NCBI GenBank assembly: GCA_944386585.1 | Contig: CALXBT010000083.1 | Coordinates: 1 to 62,045 of the forward strand | Direction: 5' to 3' | DNA length: 62,045 bases | Origin: an uncultured Clostridia bacterium | GTDB lineage: Bacteria > Bacillota > Clostridia > Peptostreptococcales > Anaerovoracaceae | Part shown: piece by piece, positions 39,432-51,943 of the stretch | How positions within the stretch are numbered: the stretch's first letter is position 1 | How the letters are laid out: each line of letters starts with the position of its first letter | Program-made: the position numbers and the translations under genes | Notes under the pieces: model-generated | The model's input: the letters and a program-made list of their open reading frames with translations, nothing else | What the model was told of the DNA's origin: nothing | The model's database searches: none

Positions 39432-40799
39432 ATGACGGAAATAACAGATTTAAAAGAAAAATGGCATCAGGTATTACAGCTTCTTGAGCCAGAACTGACA
39501 GAAATTAGCTTCAGTACATGGTTTCAGCCTATCAGAGTAAAAAGCATAGATAAAGACGCAGGCCTGATTTATCTAACAATAGATAATCATATGGCTGTTG
39601 ATTTAATCCGAGACAGATACAGGAGTATCCTTGAAAATACAATCAAGCATGTTTATGGCAGCAGATTTTCTTTTATCATTGAATTTCAGGAAGATCAGGA
39701 AGAACCTGTCGTCAATAATGTCGGTGATAAAGAGCCTGAATTTAAAGACGAATATTATCTAAATCCAAGATATAATTTTAAAAATTTTGTAGTAGGAAAC
39801 AACAATAAATTTGCTCACGCAGCAGCTGTTGCTGTTGCCGAAGCGCCGTCAGAAGCATATAATCCTTTCTTTATCTACGGCGGTTCAGGACTTGGAAAGA
39901 CACATCTGATGCACGCAATCGGACATCATATTTTAAAAACGAGAAAAAATCTCAAGGTTCTCTATGTTTCTTCCGAAATGTTTGTAAATGAAATGGTAAG
40001 CGCCCTGAGAAAAAACGAACTCAGAAATGAAAATAATATGGGAGAATTCCGAAAGAAATACAGAGAAATTGATGTGCTCCTTATCGATGATATTCAGTTT
40101 TTAGAAAATAAAACTTCAATTCAGGAAGAATTTTTCAATACTTTTAACACGCTTTATTCTCTCAATAAGCAAATTATCATTTCATCAGACCGGCCTCCAA
40201 ACAAGCTTATCAATATTGACGAACGGCTGCGCTCACGTTTCCAATGGAATCTTGTTGCCGATATCATTCCGCCGGATTATGAAACGAGAATCGCGATTCT
40301 TATTAACCGGGCAGAGCTCGATAATATTGAAATCGACGAAGATATGAACGATGTTATCAATTTAATCGCAGAAAAAATTCAGGAAAATGTAAGAGAATTG
40401 GAAGGGGCTTTCACCAGAATCATTTCTTTTTCCAAACTGATGAATGAGAAAATAAACATTCCTTTTGCAAGAAAAGTACTGAAGGATATTCTTTCTGCTT
40501 CTGATTTTAATGTAACACCTGAGAATATCAAAAAAAAGGTCTGCAAGTATTTTAATATCAAAGTAACCGATATCGAATCAGCAAAAAGAGCAAGACAATT
40601 TGCCTTTCCAAGACAGATTGCTATGTACCTTTGCAGAGAAATGACAGAACTTTCTCTTCCAAAGATCGGCGACTGTTTCGGAGGGCGTGATCACAGCACA
40701 GTGCTTCATGCCTATGAAAAAATTTCAAAAGATATCGCTGTTAACGATTCTGTCAAAGAAATCATCGAGACACTGGAAAATGATATCAGCGGAAAATAA
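39432..40799 (+). CDS. dnaA: Chromosomal replication initiator protein DnaA
   Basis: 455 aa. AAA+ Walker A GGSGLGKTHL. C-terminal DNA-binding helix region (FGGRDHSTVLHA). Confidence 0.98.
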   Translation: MTEITDLKEKWHQVLQLLEPELTEISFSTWFQPIRVKSIDKDAGLIYLTIDNHMAVDLIRDRYRSILENTIKHVYGSRFSFIIEFQEDQEEPVVNNVGDKEPEFKDEYYLNPRYNFKNFVVGNNNKFAHAAAVAVAEAPSEAYNPFFIYGGSGLGKTHLMHAIGHHILKTRKNLKVLYVSSEMFVNEMVSALRKNELRNENNMGEFRKKYREIDVLLIDDIQFLENKTSIQEEFFNTFNTLYSLNKQIIISSDRPPNKLINIDERLRSRFQWNLVADIIPPDYETRIAILINRAELDNIEIDEDMNDVINLIAEKIQENVRELEGAFTRIISFSKLMNEKINIPFARKVLKDILSASDFNVTPENIKKKVCKYFNIKVTDIESAKRARQFAFPRQIAMYLCREMTELSLPKIGDCFGGRDHSTVLHAYEKISKDIAVNDSVKEIIETLENDISGK

Positions 40800-40831
40800 T
40801 ATCAACAGCACTGTTCATTAAAAATAACAAT

Positions 40832-40943
40832 TTATCAACAGTTTTTTAGGATAACTTTTCCTTTATATAAAAAGGAATCAGCTACTTATCCACAAATCCA
40901 CAGGACCTATTACTAATACTACTAAGAAAACTATTAATAATAC
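40832..40943 (+). promoter_or_regulatory. oriC part 2: DnaA boxes, a GC cluster, DnaA-trio-like trinucleotide repeats and an AT-rich segment
   Basis: TTATCAACA (40832-40840), then TTATCCACA plus AAATCCACA in tandem (40886-40903), then caggacc, then TAT TAC TAA TAC TAC TAA GAA AAC TAT TAA TAA TAC (40908-40943). Confidence 0.65.
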
Positions 40944-40967
40944 GAAAAACCGCAAAGGAGGTTTAAC

Positions 40968-42083
40968 ATGAAATTTACCTGCAATCAACAAATACTTTCC
41001 AAAGCATTAAACACCGTATCAAAAGCCGTATCGGCAAGAACTACAATTCCTATTTTAAAGGGAATTTTAATAAAAGCATCTGACGACGGAAAATTGATAC
41101 TTTCTGCTTCTGATCTTGACCTCAGTATTGAAAAAACAATTAACGTAGATGTTGTTGAAGAAGGGTCTGTTGTTGTTTTATCTAAGCTGTTTGTAGATAT
41201 TATCAGAAAACTGCCAAATGAAGAACTTGTCATTGAAGCGTCAGGAGATAATCAAGTTACGATAAAAAGTACAAAGTCCGAATTTACCGTAGTGGGGCTC
41301 TCCTCCGATGAATTTCCTTCTTTCGGTATGGTAGAAGAAGATGCGGAAGAAATTTTACTGGATCAGGAAACATTTAGAAATATGATTGGAAAAACAGCTT
41401 TTTCTGCCAGTATTGATGAATCAAAAGGAATTATTACCGGTGTTTTAACCGAAATTAGCGATAATATGCTTCATATGGTTGCCCTTGATGGCTTTCGTAT
41501 GGCTGTAACAAGAGAGAAATGTGAAAATAACGGCCAGAAGAAATTTATAATTGCAGCTAAGATTATGAATGAGCTTGCGAAGATTATTTCTGATACAGAA
41601 GAAGATAGAATGAAACTGCTTCTTGGAAGTAAAAAAGCAGTTGCTGTTTTTACTGACACAAAGGTAGTTATTCGGCTTTTGGAGGGAGAATTTATTAAAT
41701 ATAAGGATATCATCCCTAAGGAGCATAAAATTAGAGTTATCGTAAACAGGGCAGATCTTCTTGATGCGATTGAAAGAGCTTCTCTGCTTGCAAAGGAAGG
41801 AAAAAATAATCTTGTAAGAATCAGGCTGGAAGAAAATCTTCTTATCATCAGTTCCCGGTCAGAAGAGGGCAATGTCAGAGAGGAATGTATTATTTCAAAA
41901 GAAGGCGAAAATCTTGAGATAGGCTTTAATTCTAAATATATTTCCGATGTTATTAAAAATATTGAAGATGAGGAAATTGCAATGGAATTTAATACTAATA
42001 TCAATCCTTGTCTTGTAAAACCGCTTAGCGGCAATTCTTATGAATATTTGATTCTTCCTGTTAGAATTACAGGCAGCAATTAA
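40968..42083 (+). CDS. dnaN: DNA polymerase III beta sliding clamp
   Basis: 371 aa in the canonical position, with a typical N-terminus MKFTCNQQILSKALNTVSKAVSARTTIPILKGILI. Confidence 0.97.
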   Translation: MKFTCNQQILSKALNTVSKAVSARTTIPILKGILIKASDDGKLILSASDLDLSIEKTINVDVVEEGSVVVLSKLFVDIIRKLPNEELVIEASGDNQVTIKSTKSEFTVVGLSSDEFPSFGMVEEDAEEILLDQETFRNMIGKTAFSASIDESKGIITGVLTEISDNMLHMVALDGFRMAVTREKCENNGQKKFIIAAKIMNELAKIISDTEEDRMKLLLGSKKAVAVFTDTKVVIRLLEGEFIKYKDIIPKEHKIRVIVNRADLLDAIERASLLAKEGKNNLVRIRLEENLLIISSRSEEGNVREECIISKEGENLEIGFNSKYISDVIKNIEDEEIAMEFNTNINPCLVKPLSGNSYEYLILPVRITGSN

Positions 42084-42095
42084 AAAGGATATTTT

Positions 42096-43226
42096 ATGAT
42101 TATAAAAGAAATTGAACTCAGAGACTTTCGGAATTACGAAAGTCTCAATTTACAGTTTCATAATAAGGTAAATCTCTTTTTAGGAGAAAATGCACAGGGA
42201 AAGACAAATATTCTTGAAGCAATTTATCTTTCATCACTTGGAAGAAGCTTTCGGACTGCACAGGATAATGAAATGATTCGGTTTGGAAAGGATTTTCTGA
42301 AGGTTAAAGTAACTGCTGAAAAAGAAGAAGAAAACCTGACGGTAGAATTTGCTGTTACTGAAAAGGGAAAAGGAGCAAAAGTAGATGGTGTAAAAATTAA
42401 ACGGATATCAGAACTTTTTGATCATATTTACACAGTTATTTTTTCTCCGGAAGATCTCAGGATTGTAAAAGAAGATCCAGAAAAAAGAAGGCGTTTTATC
42501 AATACCGAACTTTGTCTTACGGTTCCTTCCTATTACGGCAGTTTATCTGATTATAAAAGAGTGCTTCGTCAGCGTAATGCCTTTTTGAAAGAAGCAAAAA
42601 TACAGGGAAAGAAAGTTGATACTGAAATTCTTCATGTCTGGGATGAGCAGCTTTCGGTTTCCGGTACTTTTGTAATGATGAAAAGAAAAGCATTTGTTGA
42701 AAAGCTGAAAAGAATCAGCGGAGAAATTCACAGAAATATTACGGATGGACAGGAACAGCTTGAAATCGAGTATGAGCCGAGTATAACACTGAAAGAAGAA
42801 TTGAAAGAACAAAAAGAACAGTTTCAGAAAGATCTTCAGGAAAATCTTCTTTCGGATATAAAAAATGCTACTACTGGACGCGGTCCGCATCGTGATGATA
42901 TAAAAATTATTGTAAATGGTGTTGATCTTCGCAGATTTGGATCGCAGGGACAGCAGCGGACTGCTGCGCTTTCGCTGAAGCTGGCAGAGATTAGACTCAT
43001 TCAAGAAGAAACGGGAGAAAATGCGGTGTTGCTTCTTGATGATGTTATGAGTGAACTTGATGCCGCACGGCAGAAATTTCTTGTTCATTCTCTTGGTGAT
43101 GTGCAGCTTTTTATTACAACTACTGATCTTACGGAAGAAGTGAAAAAAGCGCTTCCGGAAGGATATACTTTTTATGTCAGAAAAGGAACAGTATCTGAGA
43201 GTGCTTTAGAAAGAAAAAGAAAGTAA
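42096..43226 (+). CDS. recF: DNA replication and repair protein RecF
   Basis: 376 aa. Walker A GENAQGKTNILEAI, signature FGSQGQQRT, Walker B LLLDDV. Confidence 0.96.
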   Translation: MIIKEIELRDFRNYESLNLQFHNKVNLFLGENAQGKTNILEAIYLSSLGRSFRTAQDNEMIRFGKDFLKVKVTAEKEEENLTVEFAVTEKGKGAKVDGVKIKRISELFDHIYTVIFSPEDLRIVKEDPEKRRRFINTELCLTVPSYYGSLSDYKRVLRQRNAFLKEAKIQGKKVDTEILHVWDEQLSVSGTFVMMKRKAFVEKLKRISGEIHRNITDGQEQLEIEYEPSITLKEELKEQKEQFQKDLQENLLSDIKNATTGRGPHRDDIKIIVNGVDLRRFGSQGQQRTAALSLKLAEIRLIQEETGENAVLLLDDVMSELDAARQKFLVHSLGDVQLFITTTDLTEEVKKALPEGYTFYVRKGTVSESALERKRK

Positions 43227-43412
43227 TAAAAATAAAATATTTTCTTGATATATATAGAAGATTTTTTAATACAGAAAAGCCCGAAAATTTACCCGTAGAG
43301 CAATTTAAAATAAAATAAAAGACTTTTATCATAAAAAGCCTTTTTTATTTGAAAGAAGGGCTTTTTTATGTTATAATATACTATCTATGAATTTTAGCAA
43401 ATTCTAATTTGA

Positions 43413-45368
<1,956 letters not shown>

Positions 45369-45383
45369 GAAGGGAGGGGCATT

Positions 45384-47930
45384 ATGACAAATTTACTGGA
45401 AGATCAAAGGATGATACAGCACGAAATCCATGATGAGATGAAAAATTCTTACATTGATTATGCGATGAGTGTTATTGTAGGCAGAGCCCTTCCTGATGTA
45501 AGAGACGGACTGAAGCCGGTGCACAGAAGAATTCTTTATGGAATGAGTGAACTGGGTGTTACGCCGGATAAACCGCATAAAAAATCAGCGCGTATCGTGG
45601 GAGAAGTTATGGGTAAATACCATCCGCACGGTGACAGCTCGATTTATGATGCGATGGTAAGATTAGCACAGCCGTTCTCTACAAGATACATGCTGGTGGA
45701 CGGACACGGAAATTTTGGATCGGTAGACGGTGATGGTGCAGCTGCAATGCGTTATACAGAAGCACGCATGACACCCTTTGCTCTTCAAATGTTGCGTGAT
45801 ATCGATAAAGAAACAGTAGATTTTGTTCCCAATTTTGATGAAGAGGAACAAGAACCAACGGTTCTTCCGTCGAGAATTCCAAATTTGCTTGTGAACGGAA
45901 GTAACGGTATTGCGGTAGGAATGGCGACTTCTATTCCACCTCATAATCTTTCGGAAGTTATTGACGGCGCTGTTAAAATGATTGACGACGAAAATTGTAC
46001 GGTAGAGGATCTGATGAAGATCGTCAAGGGGCCTGATTTTCCAACAGGTGCAACGATTACCGGCAAAAGCGGTATTAAAGAAGCATACCGGACAGGGCAG
46101 GGAAAGGTCATTATCCGTGCAGTTGCTGAAATTGAAGAAACAAATAGAGGAAGGCATCAGATTGTCGTCAGTGAAATTCCATATCAGGTCAATAAAGCCA
46201 GAATGATTGAAAAAATGGCTGATATGGTCAAGGATAAAAGAATCGAAGGAATTTCAGAAATACGAGATGAGTCGAACCGTCAGGGAACAAGAGTTGTTAT
46301 TGAGCTGAAAAAAGATGTGAATCCGCAGATTATGCTAAATCGTCTTTATAAGCATACGCAGCTTCAGGAAAGCTTTTCCATGATTATGCTGGCACTTGTA
46401 AATGGACAGCCGAAGATTCTCAATCTGTACGATATTTTAAGTGAATATCTCAAACATCAGAAAGATGTTGTAACGAGAAGAACAATTTATGACAAGAAAA
46501 AGGCAGAGGCAAGAGCACATATTCTCGAAGGTCTTTTAATTGCGCTTGATAATATTGATGAAATTATCAGGATTATCCGTGCAAGCTACAATGATGCAAA
46601 GGAAAAACTGATAGAACGGTTTGGTCTTTCTGAGATTCAGGCGCAGGCGATTCTTGATATGCAGCTCCGCAGATTGCAGGGACTGGAAAAAGAGAAAATT
46701 GAAAATGAATATCATGAGCTGCTTGAAAAAATTGCTTACTATACAAAGCTTTTGGCTGACGAGCATCTTTTGATGGGAGTAATCAAAGAAGAACTTTTAG
46801 AAATCAAAGAAAAGTACGGTGATGAGCGAAGGACAAAAATTGTAGCGGATGCGACGGAGTTTGACGAAGCTGATCTCATTGAGGAGGAGCAGGTCTGCAT
46901 CACACTGACGCATCTTGGATATATCAAGCGTGTTTCGGCTGATACTTATAAAACGCAGAAGCGCGGCGGAAAAGGAATCACTGGTCTTACGATGCGGGAA
47001 AACGATTTTGTAAAGGACCTTATCATGACTTCGACGCATGATTATCTCGTGTTTTTTACAAACACCGGAAAAGCGCATAGAATTAAGGCGTATGAAATTC
47101 CGGAGGCACAGCGGACAGCGAAGGGAACGCCAGCAATCAATTTCCTTAATCTCATGCAGCGCGAACGAATTACGGCCATTATTACGACAAAAGATTTTAA
47201 TGAAGGAAGCGAAGAAAAATATCTTATTGCTGTAACAAAACAGGGCACGATTAAAAAGACGGCACTTTCTGAATTCAATACTAACCGTAAAACAGGGCTG
47301 ATTGCTATCAGTCTAAAAGATGGAGACGAACTGGTCGGCGTGCAGGAAACCTCGGGCAATGATAATGTTCTTATCATTACGAAAAACGGTAAATGTATCT
47401 GTTTTTCTGAAGATGATGTGCGGCCGATGGGCAGAATGGCAGGAGGCGTCAGGGCAATTAGCCTCGACGCGGACGATCAGGTTGTGGCAATGCAGCTTGT
47501 ACAGCCGGGTCAGGAATTGCTTGTTGTTACAAAAAACGGATACGGCAAGAGAACAAAGGTGGAAGAGTATAAGCTTCAGGCAAGAGGCGGCAAGGGCCTT
47601 CTTACTTACGATAAAGCAAAGTTTAAAAAAACCGGTGAGTTAATCGGCGCAATGGTTGTAAGCGATGATGATGAGGTGCTGATGATCAATTCGGACGGTA
47701 TTATCATCCGCATTAAAGCAAGCGATGTTTCAAGACTGGGCCGTGCAACGCAGGGTGTCCGCATTATGAGAGTTGGAGAGGATGCCAATATCGTCAGCAT
47801 TGCAAGGGTAATCAAAGAAGACGACAGCGAGAGTAGTGCCCAAGAGAGCAAAAGCTCAGATGCCGATAGCGGTACGGACGATGAAGCAAAAAAGAGCGAT
47901 GATCCGCAAATTGCGATTACGCTTGAGTAG
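45384..47930 (+). CDS. gyrA: DNA gyrase subunit A
   Basis: 848 aa. [19 protein letters not shown] (catalytic Tyr), GyrA-box-bearing beta-pinwheel repeats and an acidic C-terminal tail. Confidence 0.98.
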   Translation: MTNLLEDQRMIQHEIHDEMKNSYIDYAMSVIVGRALPDVRDGLKPVHRRILYGMSELGVTPDKPHKKSARIVGEVMGKYHPHGDSSIYDAMVRLAQPFSTRYMLVDGHGNFGSVDGDGAAAMRYTEARMTPFALQMLRDIDKETVDFVPNFDEEEQEPTVLPSRIPNLLVNGSNGIAVGMATSIPPHNLSEVIDGAVKMIDDENCTVEDLMKIVKGPDFPTGATITGKSGIKEAYRTGQGKVIIRAVAEIEETNRGRHQIVVSEIPYQVNKARMIEKMADMVKDKRIEGISEIRDESNRQGTRVVIELKKDVNPQIMLNRLYKHTQLQESFSMIMLALVNGQPKILNLYDILSEYLKHQKDVVTRRTIYDKKKAEARAHILEGLLIALDNIDEIIRIIRASYNDAKEKLIERFGLSEIQAQAILDMQLRRLQGLEKEKIENEYHELLEKIAYYTKLLADEHLLMGVIKEELLEIKEKYGDERRTKIVADATEFDEADLIEEEQVCITLTHLGYIKRVSADTYKTQKRGGKGITGLTMRENDFVKDLIMTSTHDYLVFFTNTGKAHRIKAYEIPEAQRTAKGTPAINFLNLMQRERITAIITTKDFNEGSEEKYLIAVTKQGTIKKTALSEFNTNRKTGLIAISLKDGDELVGVQETSGNDNVLIITKNGKCICFSEDDVRPMGRMAGGVRAISLDADDQVVAMQLVQPGQELLVVTKNGYGKRTKVEEYKLQARGGKGLLTYDKAKFKKTGELIGAMVVSDDDEVLMINSDGIIIRIKASDVSRLGRATQGVRIMRVGEDANIVSIARVIKEDDSESSAQESKSSDADSGTDDEAKKSDDPQIAITLE

Positions 47931-47981
47931 AAAGGGTATAAGGAAGTTATCCAATAAATTCTCAAAGTAAGGAGAAGAAAA

Positions 47982-48383
47982 ATGTTAGATGTATTAAATT
48001 TCTCAATACCCGGAAAGCCGGAGTATATTCAGATGCTCAGACTTGCAATCGGTTCCATTGCCGGAAAATCCGGATTTGATGTAGAAAAAATAGAGGATAT
48101 CAAGGTAGCAGTAGCGGAAGCATGCAAGCTCGTTACCTGTCACGGACGCGACGGCCTTTCGGCAAAATATGAACTGACCGTTGAAATTGAAGATGGCAGG
48201 ATGCAGATTACGGTTTCTGATCTGGGAAGCGGACATACGATTGAAAAGTATTGTCAGCAGTGTACGCATTGTCCGGAGGACGGAGATTTAGCAATCTTTG
48301 TAATGGATTCCCTGATGGATGAGACAGAGCTTTTCAGCAACGAAAACGGCAGCAGAAGCATTAAAATGGTGAAAATTAGATGA
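47982..48383 (+). CDS. RsbW/SpoIIAB-like anti-sigma factor (HATPase_c_2 fold) with degenerate ATP-binding motifs and a CxxCxxC insert
   Basis: 133 aa. P.KPEYIQMLRLAIGSIAGKSGFDVEKIEDIKVAVAEAC aligns by eye to the RsbW N-terminus. The N-box Asn position reads Leu (EACKLVTCHG). The G2 region is GDLAI. CQQCTHC spans residues 91-97. 4-nt ATGA overlap with the sigma gene. Confidence 0.7.
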   Translation: MLDVLNFSIPGKPEYIQMLRLAIGSIAGKSGFDVEKIEDIKVAVAEACKLVTCHGRDGLSAKYELTVEIEDGRMQITVSDLGSGHTIEKYCQQCTHCPEDGDLAIFVMDSLMDETELFSNENGSRSIKMVKIR

Positions 48384-49114
48384 TGAATCGGGAATTATTT
48401 GATCAGTACAGAAAAACCGGCGATATTGAGATTCGCAATCAGCTGGTAGAAAAATATCTGTATATGGTCGAAGTTCTTATCCGTAAATATTTAAACAAGG
48501 GTGTAGAGTACGATGATCTTTATCAGGTCGGCGCAATGGCCCTCGTATCGGCAGTGGAGAGATTCGATCCCGAAAAGGGATACGAATTCTCCAGCTTTGC
48601 TACGCCTACAATCTTGGGAGAAATCAAGAAATATTTCCGTGACAAGGAATGGACGCTTAAAGTACCGCGCCGCCAAAAAGAAATTGCGCTCAAAATTCCA
48701 ACCGCGAAAAACACCCTTTACGAAAAGCTGGGCAGAACGCCGACAATTACAGAAATTTCTGAGGCGCTTGGTTATTCGGAAGAAGAAATTCTGCAGGCAA
48801 TGGAAAGCAGTCAGGCATACGGAACGTATTCGCTTAACCAGACCTTTGATGAAAACGGAGAAGACGGAGAAAATGCCGTTTTTGAAAAATACATGGCGAT
48901 GAATGAAGCAGGCTATGATCGTTTTGAAATGGCGGAGCTTATTAACTCGGTAGTATCCGGATTTTCAGAAAACGAAAGGCTTATTTTTCGAAGGCGTTTT
49001 CTTGAAAACAAAACACAGGGAGAAATTGCACGGCTGATGGGTGTTTCACAGATGACAGTTTCCCGGCTGGAAAAAACGATTAAGCAGAAGTTTTTAAAAG
49101 AGCTTCAAAAATAA
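48380..49114 (+). CDS. Group-3 sigma-70 family RNA polymerase sigma factor (SigB/F/G-like)
   Basis: 244 aa. DLYQVGAMALVSAVERFDPEKGYEFSSFATPTILGEIKKYFRDKEWTLKVPRR is region 2. The region 4 HTH is GEIARLMGVSQMTVSRLEK. Confidence 0.9.
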   Translation: MMNRELFDQYRKTGDIEIRNQLVEKYLYMVEVLIRKYLNKGVEYDDLYQVGAMALVSAVERFDPEKGYEFSSFATPTILGEIKKYFRDKEWTLKVPRRQKEIALKIPTAKNTLYEKLGRTPTITEISEALGYSEEEILQAMESSQAYGTYSLNQTFDENGEDGENAVFEKYMAMNEAGYDRFEMAELINSVVSGFSENERLIFRRRFLENKTQGEIARLMGVSQMTVSRLEKTIKQKFLKELQK

Positions 49115-49167
49115 AATCGGAAAAAGGCGAAATTTCTACGGAATAAGAAAGGAAATAGAATAGTAGG

Positions 49168-50157
49168 ATGAAACGAGTTTTTTCAGGCGTACAGCCTACC
49201 GGAAATTTACATATCGGAAATTATCTCGGTGCGCTGAAGCAGTTTGTAGAGTTGCAGGAGCAACATCAATGTATTTACTGCGTGGTAGATATGCATTCCA
49301 TTACACTACCGCAGGAGCCGCAGGAACTAAGAGAGCATATCCTCGATATTGCAGCGCTTTACATGGCAGTAGGCGTAGATCCGAAAAAGTCAATTATCTT
49401 TATACAGTCAGAAGTTTCCGGACATGCGGAGCTGGGCTGGATTCTCAACTGTGCCTCTTATATGGGTGAACTTTCGAGAATGACGCAGTTTAAGGATAAA
49501 AGCAAGGGAAAAGAAAATGGCTCTATTCCGTCGGGAATCTTTACTTATCCGGTTCTGATGGCGGCAGATATTCTTCTATATGATGCGGATATTGTACCGG
49601 TAGGAAACGATCAAAAGCAGCATATTGAGCTTACACGGGATCTTGCAATCAGAATCAACAATAGATTTCAAAAACAGACCTTTGTTGTACCGGAGGGAAG
49701 ATTTCTTAAGGAAGGCGCAAGAATTATGGCGCTTGATGATCCAACTTCTAAGATGAGCAAATCGGCAGAAAACGACTTCAGTCGTATTTCTCTTTTGGAC
49801 AGCGATACAAAAATTAAAAAGGCAATTATGAAAGCGACAACAGATTCTGATGCTGTTGTAAGATATGATATAGAAAAGAAGCCGGGTGTCAGCAATCTGC
49901 TTTCTATTTACAGTACTTTTTCCGGTATTTCTATTGAAGATCTCGAAAAACAATATGAAGGATGCGGTTATGGTAACTTTAAAAAAGACCTTGTAGAAGT
50001 AACGATTGATGCAATTCGTCCGATTAGAGAACGCTTTGAAGAAATTAGGAATTCGCTAGAGCTGACAAAAGTACTGGACGATGGCCGCGAAAGAGCAGAG
50101 GCCATTGCTGAAAAGACGCTTGCGCGCGTTAAGACTGATTTTGGACTCGGAAGATAG
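49168..50157 (+). CDS. trpS: Tryptophan--tRNA ligase
   Basis: 329 aa. FSGVQPTGNLHIGNYLGA (HIGH motif) and KMSKS. Confidence 0.96.
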   Translation: MKRVFSGVQPTGNLHIGNYLGALKQFVELQEQHQCIYCVVDMHSITLPQEPQELREHILDIAALYMAVGVDPKKSIIFIQSEVSGHAELGWILNCASYMGELSRMTQFKDKSKGKENGSIPSGIFTYPVLMAADILLYDADIVPVGNDQKQHIELTRDLAIRINNRFQKQTFVVPEGRFLKEGARIMALDDPTSKMSKSAENDFSRISLLDSDTKIKKAIMKATTDSDAVVRYDIEKKPGVSNLLSIYSTFSGISIEDLEKQYEGCGYGNFKKDLVEVTIDAIRPIRERFEEIRNSLELTKVLDDGRERAEAIAEKTLARVKTDFGLGR

Positions 50158-50211
50158 TTAAAAAATCCGCGTGCCGAAAAAATATAAGGAAAAAGAAAGT
50201 GAGAAGATAAA

Positions 50212-51099
50212 ATGAAAATTCAACTGATCGGCGTACCTCTTTGGTACGGCTGCAATAATCCCGGCACAGAGAAGGCCTATGACTGTTTCTGCAAGGCCGG
50301 AGTAAAAGAATTATGTCATTCCTGCGGACATCAGGTGACTACAGAACATATTGTTGATGTGCCGTTTGATAAGGAGGAAAATTTTGATCCTACAATGCAA
50401 TATCTGAACGGAACTGTGAGTGCCTGCCGGGATTTGGAAACGGCGGTAGCTTCTGCACTGAAAAATAAAGAATTTCCTTTGATATTGGGAGGAGACCATT
50501 CTCTCAGTATCGGCTCTATTGCCGGTATTAACCATCATATTCCGAAAGAGGATCTGACAGTTATCTGGGTAGATGCTCACACGGATATCAATACAAATGA
50601 AAGTTCGGATTCGCATCATATTCACGGTATGCCTTTGTCTGCCTGTCTGGGACTTGGAAGCGATAAGCTGATTGACGGATTTGGGAAAGAAAGAGTGAAG
50701 CTCCTGCCGGAAAATTTGTTTTATATCGGGTCCCGTTCCATCGATGACGGAGAGAAGGTAATTATTAAAGAACATAATATTCGCTGTTTTACGATGGAGG
50801 AAGTAAAAGAGAAAGGAATCGAAAAAGCCACCCGCGAGCTGCTTTCTTTGATAAAAACGAAATATATTCATCTGAGCTTCGATGTAGACTTTATGGGTGA
50901 GGAAGAATACATTGCCACCGGAATGCCGGTTCCAGACGGACCTTCTATTGCAGATACTGCTCTTTGTCTTTCGCTTCTGATGGAAAGCGGTAAGGTCTGC
51001 TCTATGGATTTTGTTGAGTACAGTCCTAAAAACGACAAAGACCAGAGTGGGCTTGCTGTCTGCATGAATCTTTTGAAGACTTGTCTTGAGCGAATTTAG
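50212..51099 (+). CDS. Arginase/ureohydrolase family protein
   Basis: 295 aa. LGGDHSLSIG, VIWVDAHTDINT, HLSFDVDF are the Mn-binding blocks of the arginase family. Confidence 0.85.
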   Translation: MKIQLIGVPLWYGCNNPGTEKAYDCFCKAGVKELCHSCGHQVTTEHIVDVPFDKEENFDPTMQYLNGTVSACRDLETAVASALKNKEFPLILGGDHSLSIGSIAGINHHIPKEDLTVIWVDAHTDINTNESSDSHHIHGMPLSACLGLGSDKLIDGFGKERVKLLPENLFYIGSRSIDDGEKVIIKEHNIRCFTMEEVKEKGIEKATRELLSLIKTKYIHLSFDVDFMGEEEYIATGMPVPDGPSIADTALCLSLLMESGKVCSMDFVEYSPKNDKDQSGLAVCMNLLKTCLERI

Positions 51100-51112
51100 T
51101 AATGTGATACAG

Positions 51113-51158
51113 AAAAAATGTCCTGTTTTTCTTTTGTGGAAAAACAGGACATTTTTTT
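51113..51158. terminator. Bidirectional intrinsic terminator
   Basis: aaaaaATGTCCTGTTTTTcttttgtggAAAAACAGGACATttttttt. Confidence 0.85.
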
Positions 51159-51211
51159 ATAAAGATCTCTTTAAAAAAATACTTAGGCACTTAAGATATG
51201 CAGAAAGAAAT

Positions 51212-51943
51212 TTATTGCGGAAGAGCACTTTTTACAGTTTCTTGTATGCGTTCCGTCAGCTCGTTTTGCTCATGTTTGCTGAGGCCGGCAGTCGGAACAG
51301 GAGGGTGCACGGTAATCGTAATTTTAGCTCCCTTTTTAACTGCGCCACCGTTTGCTTCATAAAACTGGCAGGTACCGTCAATCGTAATCGGAATGATTGG
51401 CACGCCTGGTTTTGTAGCAAGCCGCAGGCTTCCTTTTTTAAAATCTCCCATAGGGCCTCCTTTGCTTCTCGTGCCTTCCGGAAAGATAAGAAGAGAGAAT
51501 CCTTGATTGATAAGCTGAATGCCTTCTTCCATTGTTCGCAGCGCTTCACGCGGATCGTCACGGTTGATGAGAATACTTCTGATGCGCAGAATCCAGCGGC
51601 CGTAAAGTGGTACTCTTTGCAGATTTTCTTTTGCAACAAAGCCGAATTGAATAGTATCAAGTGCGGCGCAGCAAGCAGGAATATCACCGTATCCCTGATG
51701 ATTGGCGACATAGACAACTGGACCTTGCTGCGGCAGATTTTCACGGCCGTTTACAGTAAGCTCCGCATCAAAGATACGAAAAATGTTTTTTCCCCATGTA
51801 GAAGTAGCATTTAAAATAGCGCTGCGTTCAGCCTCGTAATTTTCTATGCAGCGGCTTTCAATGATTTGCTTCTTAAAGCGATTCAAGTATTTTAGAGAAA
51901 GATATAGCTTCACTGCGGGAATAAGATTCGGTAAAATTTTCAT
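51212..51943 (-). CDS. plsC: 1-acyl-sn-glycerol-3-phosphate acyltransferase
   Basis: 243 aa. HX4D block NHQGYGD and FPEGTRS. Confidence 0.88.
   Translation of the reverse strand: MKILPNLIPAVKLYLSLKYLNRFKKQIIESRCIENYEAERSAILNATSTWGKNIFRIFDAELTVNGRENLPQQGPVVYVANHQGYGDIPACCAALDTIQFGFVAKENLQRVPLYGRWILRIRSILINRDDPREALRTMEEGIQLINQGFSLLIFPEGTRSKGGPMGDFKKGSLRLATKPGVPIIPITIDGTCQFYEANGGAVKKGAKITITVHPPVPTAGLSKHEQNELTERIQETVKSALPQ

Noticed and set aside
49115-49167. Looked for a T-box leader upstream of trpS
   Set aside because: Only 53 nt separate the sigma-factor stop from the trpS start. There is no specifier hairpin, T-box sequence or terminator. trpS is probably read through from upstream or has a minimal promoter.
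50311-51814. ORFs 50311..50871 (-) and 51086..51814 (+, 242 aa), each nearly as long as the arginase and plsC genes they overlap
   Set aside because: The opposite-strand products carry clear family motifs (GGDHS/DAHTD for arginase; NHQGYGD/FPEGTRS for PlsC). The shadow ORFs have no recognisable motifs or RBS.
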